Shown one piece after another: positions 17,938 to 27,031 of a stretch of 64,000 nt of DNA (positions within the stretch are counted from its first letter, which is position 1; each line of letters begins with the position of its first letter). The stretch is from Nitrospirota bacterium (lineage in GTDB: Bacteria > Nitrospirota > Nitrospiria > Nitrospirales > NS-4). The DNA is taken from assembly GCA_005877815.1 (NCBI GenBank), contig VBOG01000028.1:4803-68802 (forward strand), in the 5' to 3' direction. The notes beneath the pieces were generated by a model. The model saw only the letters and a list, made by a program, of their open reading frames with translations. It had not been told where the DNA came from and did not search any database. The position numbers and the translations under genes were made by a program.

Positions 17938-17982
17938 AACGCGAAGAAGTCCTGGAAGATTCATGTCTTGGCCTTCGGCTCA

Positions 17983-18012
17983 TTGCTACTCCAACCGCCT
18001 GACATTTATACT
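17983..18012 (+). promoter_or_regulatory. sigma-70-type promoter candidate (TTGCTA-18-TATACT) for obg operon
   Basis: TTGCTA at 17983-17988 and TATACT at 18007-18012. Confidence 0.4.
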
Positions 18013-18050
18013 GTCTGCTTGGTAAGTAGCAAAATACAAGGTGCAAAATC

Positions 18051-19097
18051 GTGTTCGTGGACCAGGTCAAAATATTCGTGAAAGCCGGAGGCGGCGGGAA
18101 CGGCGTGCGGAGTTTTCGCCGCGAAAAGCATGTGCCCTACGGCGGGCCGGATGGCGGCGACGGCGGCAACGGCGGCGACGTGATCCTCAAAGCCTCGACG
18201 CGCCTGTCCACCCTGCTCGACCTGCAGTTCCAGCAGCACTATATCGCCAAGCCCGGCGGCAACGGCGCGGGCTCGAATTGCCATGGGCGGAATGCGTCGC
18301 CGGTCGTCATCCAGGTGCCGGTCGGCACAGTGGCCAAGGACACCGATACGGACGACCTCATCGCCGATCTCACCGAGGACGGCCAGGAGGCGATCGTCGC
18401 GCATGCGGGCCACGGCGGCCGCGGGAACGCGCGATTCGCCACATCTGTCAATCACGTCCCGACGAAATGCGAACCGGGCACACCGGGCGTAGAGCGCTGG
18501 CTCATGCTGGAACTCAAGCTGCTGGCGGATGTCGGGCTGGTTGGATTCCCGAATGCCGGCAAGTCCACCTTGATCAGCGTCATCTCGGCGGCACGCCCCA
18601 AAATCGCCGACTATCCATTTACGACGCTGGAGCCGAACCTTGGGGTGGTCGCCGTGGATCTCGACCATCACTTTGTGGTGGCCGATATTCCGGGACTGAT
18701 CGAAGGGGCGCATGAAGGACGCGGGCTCGGCTTTCAATTCCTCCGGCATCTGGAGCGCACCTCGTACCTCCTGCACTTGATTGACATCTCCGAAGGTGCG
18801 GCCGAAGAACCCGTGAAGGCGTTGAAGACCTTGCGCGGCGAGTTGGAACAGTACAATCCGGTGCTCGCCGAGAAACCGTACGCGGTCGCAGCCACCAAGC
18901 TTGACGCCGCCGGCGAGCGTGGTGAAGCGTGGAAGAACCTCGAGGCCTACTGCCGCAAGCAGAGGCTCAACGTGTTCCCGATTTCCGCGGTGGCTCGGGA
19001 AGGCCTGCAGCCGTTGATCCGCCATCTTGGCGAGCAGGTCAAGAAGATGAAGGAAGCCGCACGGCATGAGCGCGAACATGCGGAGGCCGCCGAATAA
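18051..19097 (+). CDS. obg: GTPase Obg/CgtA
   Basis: GTG start. Glycine-rich Obg fold GGGGNGVRSFRREK..GGPDGGDGGNGGDV plus G-motifs GFPNAGKST and DIPG. Confidence 0.95.
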   Translation: MFVDQVKIFVKAGGGGNGVRSFRREKHVPYGGPDGGDGGNGGDVILKASTRLSTLLDLQFQQHYIAKPGGNGAGSNCHGRNASPVVIQVPVGTVAKDTDTDDLIADLTEDGQEAIVAHAGHGGRGNARFATSVNHVPTKCEPGTPGVERWLMLELKLLADVGLVGFPNAGKSTLISVISAARPKIADYPFTTLEPNLGVVAVDLDHHFVVADIPGLIEGAHEGRGLGFQFLRHLERTSYLLHLIDISEGAAEEPVKALKTLRGELEQYNPVLAEKPYAVAATKLDAAGERGEAWKNLEAYCRKQRLNVFPISAVAREGLQPLIRHLGEQVKKMKEAARHEREHAEAAE

Positions 19098-20218
19098 TGC
19101 GGCATCGGATTCTCAAAGAAGCGCGCCGCGTCGTGCTGAAAGTCGGCAGCAGCCTAGTTGCCTCCAAGGGGCTCGGTCTGCACACGGAGCGGCTCGAGCG
19201 CTTGGCGGCGGAGCTGGCCGAATTGAAAACGCAGAACAGGGACATCCTGATGGTGTCTTCGGGGGCGATCATCTCCGGCATCGAAAAGCTCGGCCTCAAG
19301 GAATATCCCAAGAGCCTGCCGATCAAGCAGGCCGCGGCCGCCGTGGGCCAAAGCCGGCTGATGTGGGCATATGAAAAAGCGTTCGAGAAGGAAGGCGTGA
19401 AGGTCGCGCAGGTGCTGCTGACGCGCGAGGACCTGACAAACCGCGCGCGGTTTCTCAACTCGCGGCACACGCTGACGGCCCTGCTGGGATTCGGCGTCGT
19501 GCCGATCATCAATGAGAATGACACGGTCGCCGTGGAAGAGATCCGCTTCGGCGATAATGACAGCCTCGCCGGGATGGTCGCGCATCTCGTGGATGCGGAT
19601 CTGCTCGTGATCCTCTCGGATGTCGAAGGCCTGTACACCGAGGACCCGCGCAAGAATCCGAAGGCGACGCTCATCTCTGTGGTTGCCGAGGTGACCGACG
19701 AGATCGAGCGACGGGCCGGCGGGACCGCCAGCTTCGAGGGCACCGGCGGCATGCGGACGAAAGTGATGGCGGCGAAAACGGCGGCGAGCTATGGCGTCGC
19801 CACTGTGATCCTGAGCGGCGAGCGTACCGGTCAGTTGACGGCGTTGTTCGACGGCAAGGATGTCGGCACATTGTTCCTGCCGAAGGACCAGCAGCTCACG
19901 AGCCGCAAACACTGGATCGCCTACACGGTGAAGGCCAAAGGCCGGATCGCCTTGGATGCCGGCGCGGTGGACGCGCTCACGCGGCGCGGCAAGAGCCTGC
20001 TGCCTTCCGGCATTACAGCGGTGGACGGCGAATTCGAAGCCGGCGACAGTGTCGCCTGCACGGACGGTCAAGGGCGCGAGATCGCAAAGGGACTCGTAAA
20101 CTATTCGTCGGCGGCGATCTCAAAGATCAAGGGGCTCAAGAGCGCAGACATTCAGCAGACCCTGGGGTATAAGGATTACGACGAGGTGATCCATCGCGAC
20201 AATCTCGTGATCTTGTAG
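19097..20218 (+). CDS. proB: glutamate 5-kinase
   Basis: 373 aa with an amino-acid kinase domain and a PUA domain. It abuts obg. Confidence 0.95.
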   Translation: MRHRILKEARRVVLKVGSSLVASKGLGLHTERLERLAAELAELKTQNRDILMVSSGAIISGIEKLGLKEYPKSLPIKQAAAAVGQSRLMWAYEKAFEKEGVKVAQVLLTREDLTNRARFLNSRHTLTALLGFGVVPIINENDTVAVEEIRFGDNDSLAGMVAHLVDADLLVILSDVEGLYTEDPRKNPKATLISVVAEVTDEIERRAGGTASFEGTGGMRTKVMAAKTAASYGVATVILSGERTGQLTALFDGKDVGTLFLPKDQQLTSRKHWIAYTVKAKGRIALDAGAVDALTRRGKSLLPSGITAVDGEFEAGDSVACTDGQGREIAKGLVNYSSAAISKIKGLKSADIQQTLGYKDYDEVIHRDNLVIL

Positions 20219-20220
20219 CC

Positions 20221-21471
20221 ATGAATCTCACCGACTACGTCATCCAGAAGGCAAGCGAGGCGAAAACGGCCGCGCGCAAACTCGCCACCGTGCCGACGGC
20301 GGTAAAAAACGCGGCATTGTCGGCGATGGCCGATGCGCTCGAGCAGCGCGAAGCTGAACTGCTGGAAGCCAACACGCAAGATCTCGCCGCCGCCGACCGG
20401 CTCAGCGCCGCCGCCAAAGACCGGCTGACGCTGACTGCCAAGGGCATTCAAGAAATGGCGGCCGGGCTTCGCGACGTGGCCGCCCTTCCCGACCCGGTCG
20501 GCGAAGTCATCAAGAGCTGGAAACGCCCGAACGGCATGGAAGTCAAAAAGGTGCGCGTGCCGATCGGCGTCATCGGCATCATCTATGAATCACGCCCGAA
20601 TGTGACCGCCGACGCCGCCTCACTGTGCCTGAAATCCGGAAATGCGGTGGTCCTCCGCGGCGGCTCCGAGGCCATCCAGTCGAACGCCGCCATCGTCCGC
20701 GTGTTGATAGAGGCCGGCGAGAAAGCCGGCATACCCGCGGGCGCCATCACATTCATTGACAATCCCGACCGCCGCGTTTCTTCGCTGCTGCTCAAGCAGG
20801 ACCCGCTCATCGATGTGATCATTCCCCGAGGGGGCGAGGGCTTGATGCGCTTCGTCGCGAGCGAGTCCACCATTCCCGTCATCAAACACGATAAGGGTGT
20901 CTGCCACACCTATGTGGATGCGGATGCGGACTTGGCGATGGCGGCGGAGATCTGTTTCAACGCAAAGGTCCAGCGGCCGGGCACCTGCAACGCCATGGAG
21001 ACATTGCTGGTGCATGAGAAGATCGCTGCCTCGTTCCTGCCGCCCCTGCTCGCACGCTATGGCAAGGCGGGGGTGGAAATCCGCGGTTGCCCGAAGACCG
21101 CCGCGCTTGCGCCGGGCGTCTCGCCTGCCGCCGAATCGGATTGGGGGACGGAATTTTTGGACCTGATCCTTGCCGTGAAGGTGGTGGCAAACCTTGATGA
21201 GGCGCTCGACCACATCGCCCGGTACGGCTCGCAACACTCCGAGGCGATCATCACGAAGAACGAGGCGCACGCCGCGCAGTTCCTCCAGGACGTAGACGCC
21301 GCCGCGGTCTTTGTGAATGCGTCTACGCGACTCCACGACGGGTACCAGTTCGGGCTCGGCACCGAAATCGGCATCAGCACCTCCCGCATCCACGCGCGCG
21401 GCGCCATGGGTTTGGAGGAACTGACCAGCACGAAGTATATCGTGCTGGGCACCGGACAGCTCCGGGAATGA
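20221..21471 (+). CDS. proA: glutamate-5-semialdehyde dehydrogenase
   Basis: 416 aa of the aldehyde dehydrogenase family, in the conserved proB-proA order. Confidence 0.95.
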   Translation: MNLTDYVIQKASEAKTAARKLATVPTAVKNAALSAMADALEQREAELLEANTQDLAAADRLSAAAKDRLTLTAKGIQEMAAGLRDVAALPDPVGEVIKSWKRPNGMEVKKVRVPIGVIGIIYESRPNVTADAASLCLKSGNAVVLRGGSEAIQSNAAIVRVLIEAGEKAGIPAGAITFIDNPDRRVSSLLLKQDPLIDVIIPRGGEGLMRFVASESTIPVIKHDKGVCHTYVDADADLAMAAEICFNAKVQRPGTCNAMETLLVHEKIAASFLPPLLARYGKAGVEIRGCPKTAALAPGVSPAAESDWGTEFLDLILAVKVVANLDEALDHIARYGSQHSEAIITKNEAHAAQFLQDVDAAAVFVNASTRLHDGYQFGLGTEIGISTSRIHARGAMGLEELTSTKYIVLGTGQLRE

Positions 21472-22136
21472 AGGTCGGCTTCTATGGCGGCGCCTTCAAT
21501 CCCATCCATCGTTGCCATCTTGTGGTTGCCGAAACCGTGCAGAGCCGGATCGGCCTCGATACGGTCTTGTTTATCCCTACCGGCGACCCTCCGCACAAAC
21601 CGCCCGATGAATTCATCCCCGCCGCCCAACGCCTCGAGATGGTGCGGCTCGCAATCGCCGGCCATCCGTCGTTCGAGCTGTGCGACATCGAGACGCGACG
21701 AAGGAGCAAATCATACTCGATCGAGACGGTCCGCCAACTTCGCCGGAGCTATCCCGCCGGAACATCTCTGATCTTTATTATCGGGCTCGATGCCTTTCTG
21801 GATCTCCCGAGCTGGAAAGATCCCGAGGCGCTGCTCGCCGAATGCGACTTTGCGGTGGTCTCGCGACCCACCCATCGGTTCGCCTCCATCGCGTCGCTTT
21901 CCTTCCTCCATTCTGAGGACCTTCCGCTTTTACAACAGCTAGATGGACGGCAAAGAGACACAGAAAGTTTCCGGTTGCGCACCGGACGCACGCTCTGGGC
22001 GCTGTCCATTCCGCCTTGCGAGGTATCGTCACAAGACGTGCGAAAGCGGCTTAAGCATAAGGAAAGTATAGAAAATCTCTTGCCTCCATCAGTTGAATCT
22101 TATATAGTAAAAAATCATATTCTCGGAGGACGGTAA
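21468..22136 (+). CDS. nadD: nicotinate-nucleotide adenylyltransferase
   Basis: GGAFNPIHRCHL motif. It overlaps proA by 4 nt. Confidence 0.9.
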   Translation: MKVGFYGGAFNPIHRCHLVVAETVQSRIGLDTVLFIPTGDPPHKPPDEFIPAAQRLEMVRLAIAGHPSFELCDIETRRRSKSYSIETVRQLRRSYPAGTSLIFIIGLDAFLDLPSWKDPEALLAECDFAVVSRPTHRFASIASLSFLHSEDLPLLQQLDGRQRDTESFRLRTGRTLWALSIPPCEVSSQDVRKRLKHKESIENLLPPSVESYIVKNHILGGR

Positions 22137-22141
22137 CTATC

Positions 22142-22561
22142 ATTCGTGAGGCGCGGGCAAAGGCGCGACGAGCCGCTCTGGCGGCTAGTGAAAAGAAAGC
22201 TTCCGACGTTGTCATCTTGGACGTGTCGCAGGTCTCTTGGATGAACGATTGCCTTGTGATGTGCACGGCTGAATCCGAACGGCAGGTGTTGGCCGTAAAG
22301 GATAGCGTGGAGAAGGCGATGGACGAAAAAGGCTATCACCTGCTCGGACTCGAAGGGGTACAGGTCGGCTCCTGGATTCTGATGGATTATGACGATGTGG
22401 TGGTGCATGTCTTCAAGACCGGCGTGCGGGAAGCGTATGGCTTGGACCGGCTGTGGAGCGACGCGAAGCGCGTGCTGCTCTCTCGCGCTCAATCCGCCGA
22501 GTCCGCCGCGCCCACACGGCCGCGTGTCACGAAGGAGCATTCACTCAAGCAGCGGGGATAG
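22142..22561 (+). CDS. rsfS: ribosome silencing factor RsfS (Iojap), probable non-canonical AUU/AUC start
   Basis: The conserved segment KKASDVVILDVSQVSWMNDCLVMCTA begins upstream of the first canonical start (TTG 22217). GGAGGA lies at 22125-22130, with in-frame ATC at 22139 and ATT at 22142. Confidence 0.75.
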   Translation: MREARAKARRAALAASEKKASDVVILDVSQVSWMNDCLVMCTAESERQVLAVKDSVEKAMDEKGYHLLGLEGVQVGSWILMDYDDVVVHVFKTGVREAYGLDRLWSDAKRVLLSRAQSAESAAPTRPRVTKEHSLKQRG

Positions 22562-22564
22562 ACG

Positions 22565-23947
22565 ATGAAGTTCTTCTTCTGGTTGCTCACCGTCATTGTC
22601 GCCATCCTTGCGGGCATCTACTTCAGCGGGTTGAACCCCGATCCCATCAAGCTGCGGCTGTCACGCAATTACACGACCGAAATCATCCCGATCCATCTCC
22701 TGCTCGTGTGCATCGGCGCCGGCGCCATCGCCGTGCTCATGCTGCTGGGCGTACGCGAGGTCCGCGGAATCATTCTGAACTGGCGCAGCACCCGTCGGCG
22801 AAAGCGCGAGGAAAAGGTGCACGGCTACTATGTGGACGGCGCCCTGGCGTCACTGTCCCGCCGCACCGGGGAAGCCATCTCACTGCTCCAGAAGGTGCTG
22901 GCCCTCGAGCCGAACCATACCCGCGCGCTCATGTCGCTGGGGAATATCTTCCGCCGGGAGAAGCATTACACGGAGGCGATCCGGCTCCACCGCAAAGCCC
23001 GGCAATTGGAAGAAGGCAACCTCGAGGTCCTGCTGACGCTGGCGCGGGACTTGGAAGAGGCGAAACGGTTCGAGGAGGCGCTCCAGACGCTGGAGGAGGT
23101 CCTCCGCGTCGACGGCACGAATCCGACCGCCCTCTACCGCATCCGGGACATTCACATGCGCACCGAGAAATGGGCGGCCGCCCACGCGGTGCAGGAGAAG
23201 TTGCTGAAAGCCGGCCTGCCGGATCGTGAGCTGAGAATGGAGATTCAGAGGATGGCCGGCCTGAAATACGAGATCGGCCGCGAATACATGGAACGCGGGG
23301 AACGCGAGCATGCGCGGCGCTATTTCAAGGACGCGATCAAATTGGAGAAGACGTTCCTGCCGGCGAGAGTCGGATTTGGAGAGACACTGATCGGCGAAGG
23401 CAAGCTCCGCGAGGCCGCGGAGATGTGGGAGAAGTCATATCTCAAGACCGGCAATTCGATCTTTCTGTACCGTCTGGAAAACCTCTACCTCGAGATCGGC
23501 GAACCGGGCGAGATGATCCGCATCTACCAGCAGGCGCTGACCCGTCAGAGCCACGACGCACAGTTGAAGATGGCGCTGGGGAAGCTGTATTATCGGCTCG
23601 AGATGGTGGACGACGCCTTCGAATTGCTGTCGACTCTCGACAGCGTGCATGACCCGACCGGAGACGTCAGCAAGATCATGGCGAGTCTGTACATCCGGAA
23701 AGGGAACACGGAGGCGGCCCTCATGGAGGTCCTCGGCGACTCGCGGCCCGGTTTGCCGTTGCTGAATTGTGCAGCCTGCGATTATCACACCAGGGAGTGG
23801 AGCGGTCGTTGCCCGGCGTGCGGGCGTTGGAATACATTGGCGGTCATGGCTCCGCGGGCGGCCGGAGACCATTCACCGACAAAGGGCTCCGATCTGTCTC
23901 CGACCTCTTCGTACCCGGGTGTGCCCGCACCCTTCGAAATCGTCTAG
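22565..23947 (+). CDS. lapB: LapB/YciM-like TPR protein with C-terminal rubredoxin-type zinc ribbon
   Basis: N-terminal TM helix, TPR repeats and a C-terminal CAACDYHTREWSGRCPACGRWNT motif. Confidence 0.8.
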   Translation: MKFFFWLLTVIVAILAGIYFSGLNPDPIKLRLSRNYTTEIIPIHLLLVCIGAGAIAVLMLLGVREVRGIILNWRSTRRRKREEKVHGYYVDGALASLSRRTGEAISLLQKVLALEPNHTRALMSLGNIFRREKHYTEAIRLHRKARQLEEGNLEVLLTLARDLEEAKRFEEALQTLEEVLRVDGTNPTALYRIRDIHMRTEKWAAAHAVQEKLLKAGLPDRELRMEIQRMAGLKYEIGREYMERGEREHARRYFKDAIKLEKTFLPARVGFGETLIGEGKLREAAEMWEKSYLKTGNSIFLYRLENLYLEIGEPGEMIRIYQQALTRQSHDAQLKMALGKLYYRLEMVDDAFELLSTLDSVHDPTGDVSKIMASLYIRKGNTEAALMEVLGDSRPGLPLLNCAACDYHTREWSGRCPACGRWNTLAVMAPRAAGDHSPTKGSDLSPTSSYPGVPAPFEIV

Positions 23948-23982
23948 CGGTTCCATCACTCTCGGTTCAGGATCAGCCCAAC

Positions 23983-25548
23983 GTGGATTCTCAAACGCTT
24001 TCCAAGACCCGGACCAAACCGGTTGCGCTCATCATTCTTGATGGCTGGGGGGTCAACAACAACCCCAAAGCCAATGCGCTGGCGCTCGCCAAGCTTCCCT
24101 ACTACACATCGCTGCTGAAGGACCACGCACACTGCCTGTTGTCGGCATCCGGGGAGGATACGGGCCTGCCCGACAATCAGATGGGCAATTCCGAGGTCGG
24201 GCACATGAACCTCGGAGCGGGCCGTATTGTCTATCAGGACCTGACCCGGATCAATCGTGCCATTCGCGATGGCTCATTCGCCGCCAACCCCGTGCTGAAA
24301 GATGTTATCCGGAAGACCCAGACCACGGGCGGACGACTGCATCTGCTCGGCTTGCTGTCGGACGGCGGCGTCCACAGCCACATTGCGCATCTCGAAGCCA
24401 TTCTCGAAATGGTCAAGACGGAACAACGCCCGCCGGTCTTCGTTCACGCATTTCTCGATGGACGGGACACGCCGCCGCAGAGCGGCCTGGGGTACGTCAA
24501 GGCCGTCGAGGCGCGCATGCGCGCTCTTGGCGTGGGCACGTTCGCGACAATCATGGGCCGCTACTACGCGATGGACCGTGACAAGCGTTGGGATCGGGTC
24601 GCGAAAGCCTACGCCGCCATAGTGGACGGCGTCGGAGAACACCGGCGCTCCGCAGAAGAGGCCGTGATGAAAAGCTACGAGGCGAAGGTCACGGACGAAT
24701 TCGTCCTACCGGCCGTCATTGTAGGACAGTACAGCAACCCAGTGGGGACCATCGAGGACGGCGACGGTGTCATTTTTTACAATTTCCGGGCGGACCGCGC
24801 CAGGGAACTCACTCGCGCCTTCACGGACGTGCAGTTCGATGCATTCGAGCGGAAATCCGTGCCGAAGCTGGCCGCCTTCGCCAGCATGACGTGTTACGAT
24901 GACACCTTCTCACATCCGGTAGCCTTTGCGCCGATGCGCCTCACGCGCATTCTTCCGGAGCTCATCAGCGAGCTGGGGCTGAAACAGCTTCGTATCGCCG
25001 AGACGGAGAAATACGCTCATGTCACCTATTTCTTCAACGGCGGTGAGGAGCGCGAATATCCCGGCGAGGATCGGGTGCTGATCCCGTCCCCGCGGGACGT
25101 GGCCACCTACGACTTGAAGCCGCAAATGTCAGCAGCGGAAGTCGCCGATGAGGCCGCGCGCCGGATCGAATCCGGCCGGTACTCGTTGATCGTGCTGAAC
25201 TTCGCAAACCCGGACATGGTCGGACACACCGGCATTTTACCGGCGGCGATCAAGGCCGCCGAGGTCATTGACGACTGCCTGAAGAAGGTGGTCACCGCGG
25301 TCCGGCGCATCGGCGGCGCGGTCGTGTTGACGGCCGACCACGGCAATCTGGAGCAGATGGTGGACTACGAGACCGGCGAGCCGCATACGGCCCATACGTT
25401 GAACCCTGTGCCGTGCATCATCGTGGACGATCGGCCGCATGCGCTCCGGACGTCAGGCGTCCTCGCAGACATTGCCCCCACGATTCTCAGCCTCATGGGA
25501 CTTCCCAAGCCGCCGGAAATGACCGGCGTCTCTTTGATCAAGGAGTAA
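23983..25548 (+). CDS. gpmI: 2,3-bisphosphoglycerate-independent phosphoglycerate mutase
   Basis: PVALIILDGWG and NSEVGHMNLGAGR motifs. GTG 23983 is chosen because the track start 23767 overlaps lapB. Confidence 0.9.
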   Translation: MDSQTLSKTRTKPVALIILDGWGVNNNPKANALALAKLPYYTSLLKDHAHCLLSASGEDTGLPDNQMGNSEVGHMNLGAGRIVYQDLTRINRAIRDGSFAANPVLKDVIRKTQTTGGRLHLLGLLSDGGVHSHIAHLEAILEMVKTEQRPPVFVHAFLDGRDTPPQSGLGYVKAVEARMRALGVGTFATIMGRYYAMDRDKRWDRVAKAYAAIVDGVGEHRRSAEEAVMKSYEAKVTDEFVLPAVIVGQYSNPVGTIEDGDGVIFYNFRADRARELTRAFTDVQFDAFERKSVPKLAAFASMTCYDDTFSHPVAFAPMRLTRILPELISELGLKQLRIAETEKYAHVTYFFNGGEEREYPGEDRVLIPSPRDVATYDLKPQMSAAEVADEAARRIESGRYSLIVLNFANPDMVGHTGILPAAIKAAEVIDDCLKKVVTAVRRIGGAVVLTADHGNLEQMVDYETGEPHTAHTLNPVPCIIVDDRPHALRTSGVLADIAPTILSLMGLPKPPEMTGVSLIKE

Positions 25549-25555
25549 CGCCAGC

Positions 25556-26545
25556 ATGAACTACCGGACACTCAGTGAAAAATCGATCGCGGGCGAAGCG
25601 CTCTCCCGTCCCGAAGCTCGCGCGGTGCTGGCCACTCCCGACGAAGCGCTTCTCGCATTGCTGGATGCCGCATTTCAAGTGCGACGGAAGTTCTTCGGAC
25701 GCAAGGTCCGGTTGCAGATGCTGCAAAACGCCAAGAGCGGCGCCTGCCAGGAAGATTGCGGCTACTGCTCCCAATCGGCGGTCTCCACGGCCGACATTTC
25801 TCAGTACGGGCTCCTGTCAAAAACCGAAATGGTCGCGGGCGCGAAGCAGGCCGCGGCATCCAAGGCCGTGCGCTACTGCATCGTGATCAGCGGGCGGGCA
25901 CCCCTCGAACGCGAGATTACCGCCATCAGCGAGGCAGTGCGTGACATTAAGCACGACGTGCCCGTCCAGGTGTGCTGCTCGCTGGGGCTCTTGACGGAAG
26001 AACACGCCGCCCGACTGAAGCAAGCCGGCGTGGATCGCATCAACCACAACCTGAACAGCTCAGAACGCTTTCATCCTGACATCGTCAGCACGCATACCTA
26101 TGAGGACCGGCTCTCCACGATCCGGAACGCGCGGGCCGTCGGCCTTGAAATCTGTTCGGGCGGCATCGCGGGCATGGGGGAAACGGATGAGGACGTGATC
26201 GACCTGGCATTTGCGTTGCGCGACGTACGGCCGGATTCGATCCCGATGAATTTTCTTCATCCGGTCGACGGCACGCCGATGCAGGGCCGGAAACATCTGA
26301 CGCCGCACAAATGCCTGAAGATCCTTTGCCTGTTCCGGTTCCTTCACCCAAAAACAGAACTGCGTGTCGCCGGCGGCCGCGAGTTCAACCTGCGCTCGAT
26401 GCAGGCTCTGGCGCTCTACCCTGCCGACTCGCTCTTCGTCGGCGGATACCTCACCACGCCGGGGATGCCGGCGGCGGAAGCCTGGAAGATGATCGAAGAC
26501 CTGGGCTTCGAGGTGGATGCCATCGGCGCGCCGGTCACAACTTAA
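25556..26545 (+). CDS. bioB: biotin synthase
   Basis: Radical SAM motif CQEDCGYCSQ in a BioB-like protein of 329 aa. Confidence 0.9.
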   Translation: MNYRTLSEKSIAGEALSRPEARAVLATPDEALLALLDAAFQVRRKFFGRKVRLQMLQNAKSGACQEDCGYCSQSAVSTADISQYGLLSKTEMVAGAKQAAASKAVRYCIVISGRAPLEREITAISEAVRDIKHDVPVQVCCSLGLLTEEHAARLKQAGVDRINHNLNSSERFHPDIVSTHTYEDRLSTIRNARAVGLEICSGGIAGMGETDEDVIDLAFALRDVRPDSIPMNFLHPVDGTPMQGRKHLTPHKCLKILCLFRFLHPKTELRVAGGREFNLRSMQALALYPADSLFVGGYLTTPGMPAAEAWKMIEDLGFEVDAIGAPVTT

Positions 26546-26580
26546 CCTTACGCGAGGCATGCCGTCGAGTCACCGAGGGT

Positions 26581-26725
26581 ACCCGTTGCTCTTTGCGCGG
26601 GTCCTGTCGGCGCATCACCCGAACGTGCTCAGGCCCTTTCGCCTTCGAGGCCCCGCAGATCAGGCTGTAGTGCCCTCCGCTCCGCTCGGGTCCCATGCGG
26701 CGCCACCCGCACGATTGCAACGGGT
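26581..26725 (+). repeat. 145-nt long-hairpin repeat, copy 1 (full core)
   Basis: Aligns without gaps to the reverse complement of 61758-61902, with 24 mismatches in 145 nt by my hand count. Terminal inverted repeats are ACCCGTTGC and GCAACGGGT. Confidence 0.85.
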
Positions 26726-26744
26726 CGTGTCGTTACGCTATCGC

Positions 26745-26824
26745 GGCCGTCGAAGATCCGGCTCCACGACCCTGCGCTCCGCCCGGGTCCCACTCGACGT
26801 CACCCGCGCCATTTCAACATCTGC
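26745..26824 (+). repeat. degenerate partial direct copy of the right half of the hairpin repeat
   Basis: GCCGTCGAAG...CGCTCCGCCCGGGTCCCA...CACCCGCGCCATTTCAAC parallels 26642-26725. Confidence 0.55.
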
Positions 26825-26859
26825 TGAGAGTCTGCGGCGCGCACAATGTCCAATCATTT

Positions 26860-27010
26860 GGGAACGGGTGGCGCGTAGCTGGGCTCATTGCACCCAACCA
26901 CCCCTCGCCGGCCAAGACTGGCTTTTGTCCCGTGGCCATCGCCCGCCGCCGCATTCGCGAAGCGGCCTGGGATAGCACGGCGGGATGCTGAGCTGACAGG
27001 ACCCGTTCCC
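26860..27010 (+). repeat. 151-bp segment sharing both termini with the 61677-61931 element
   Basis: The left end GGGAACGGGTGGCGCGTAGC is identical over 20 nt to 61677-61696. The right end GCTGAGCTGACAGGACCCGTTCCC is nearly identical to 61909-61931. The ends are inverted repeats (GGGAACGGGT / ACCCGTTCCC). The interior is unrelated. Confidence 0.7.
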
Positions 27011-27031
27011 AGGATGATGCGAAAACTTGAT

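Noticed and set aside
26517-26991. ORFs 26517-26975, 26695-26991 and 26535-26720, whose translations resemble ORFs at 61609-61890, 61664-62458 and 29623-29976
   Set aside because: The similarity exists in several frames and on both strands at once, which is the signature of a DNA/RNA repeat and not a protein family. There are no SDs, and the sequences are extreme in Arg/Pro/Ala.
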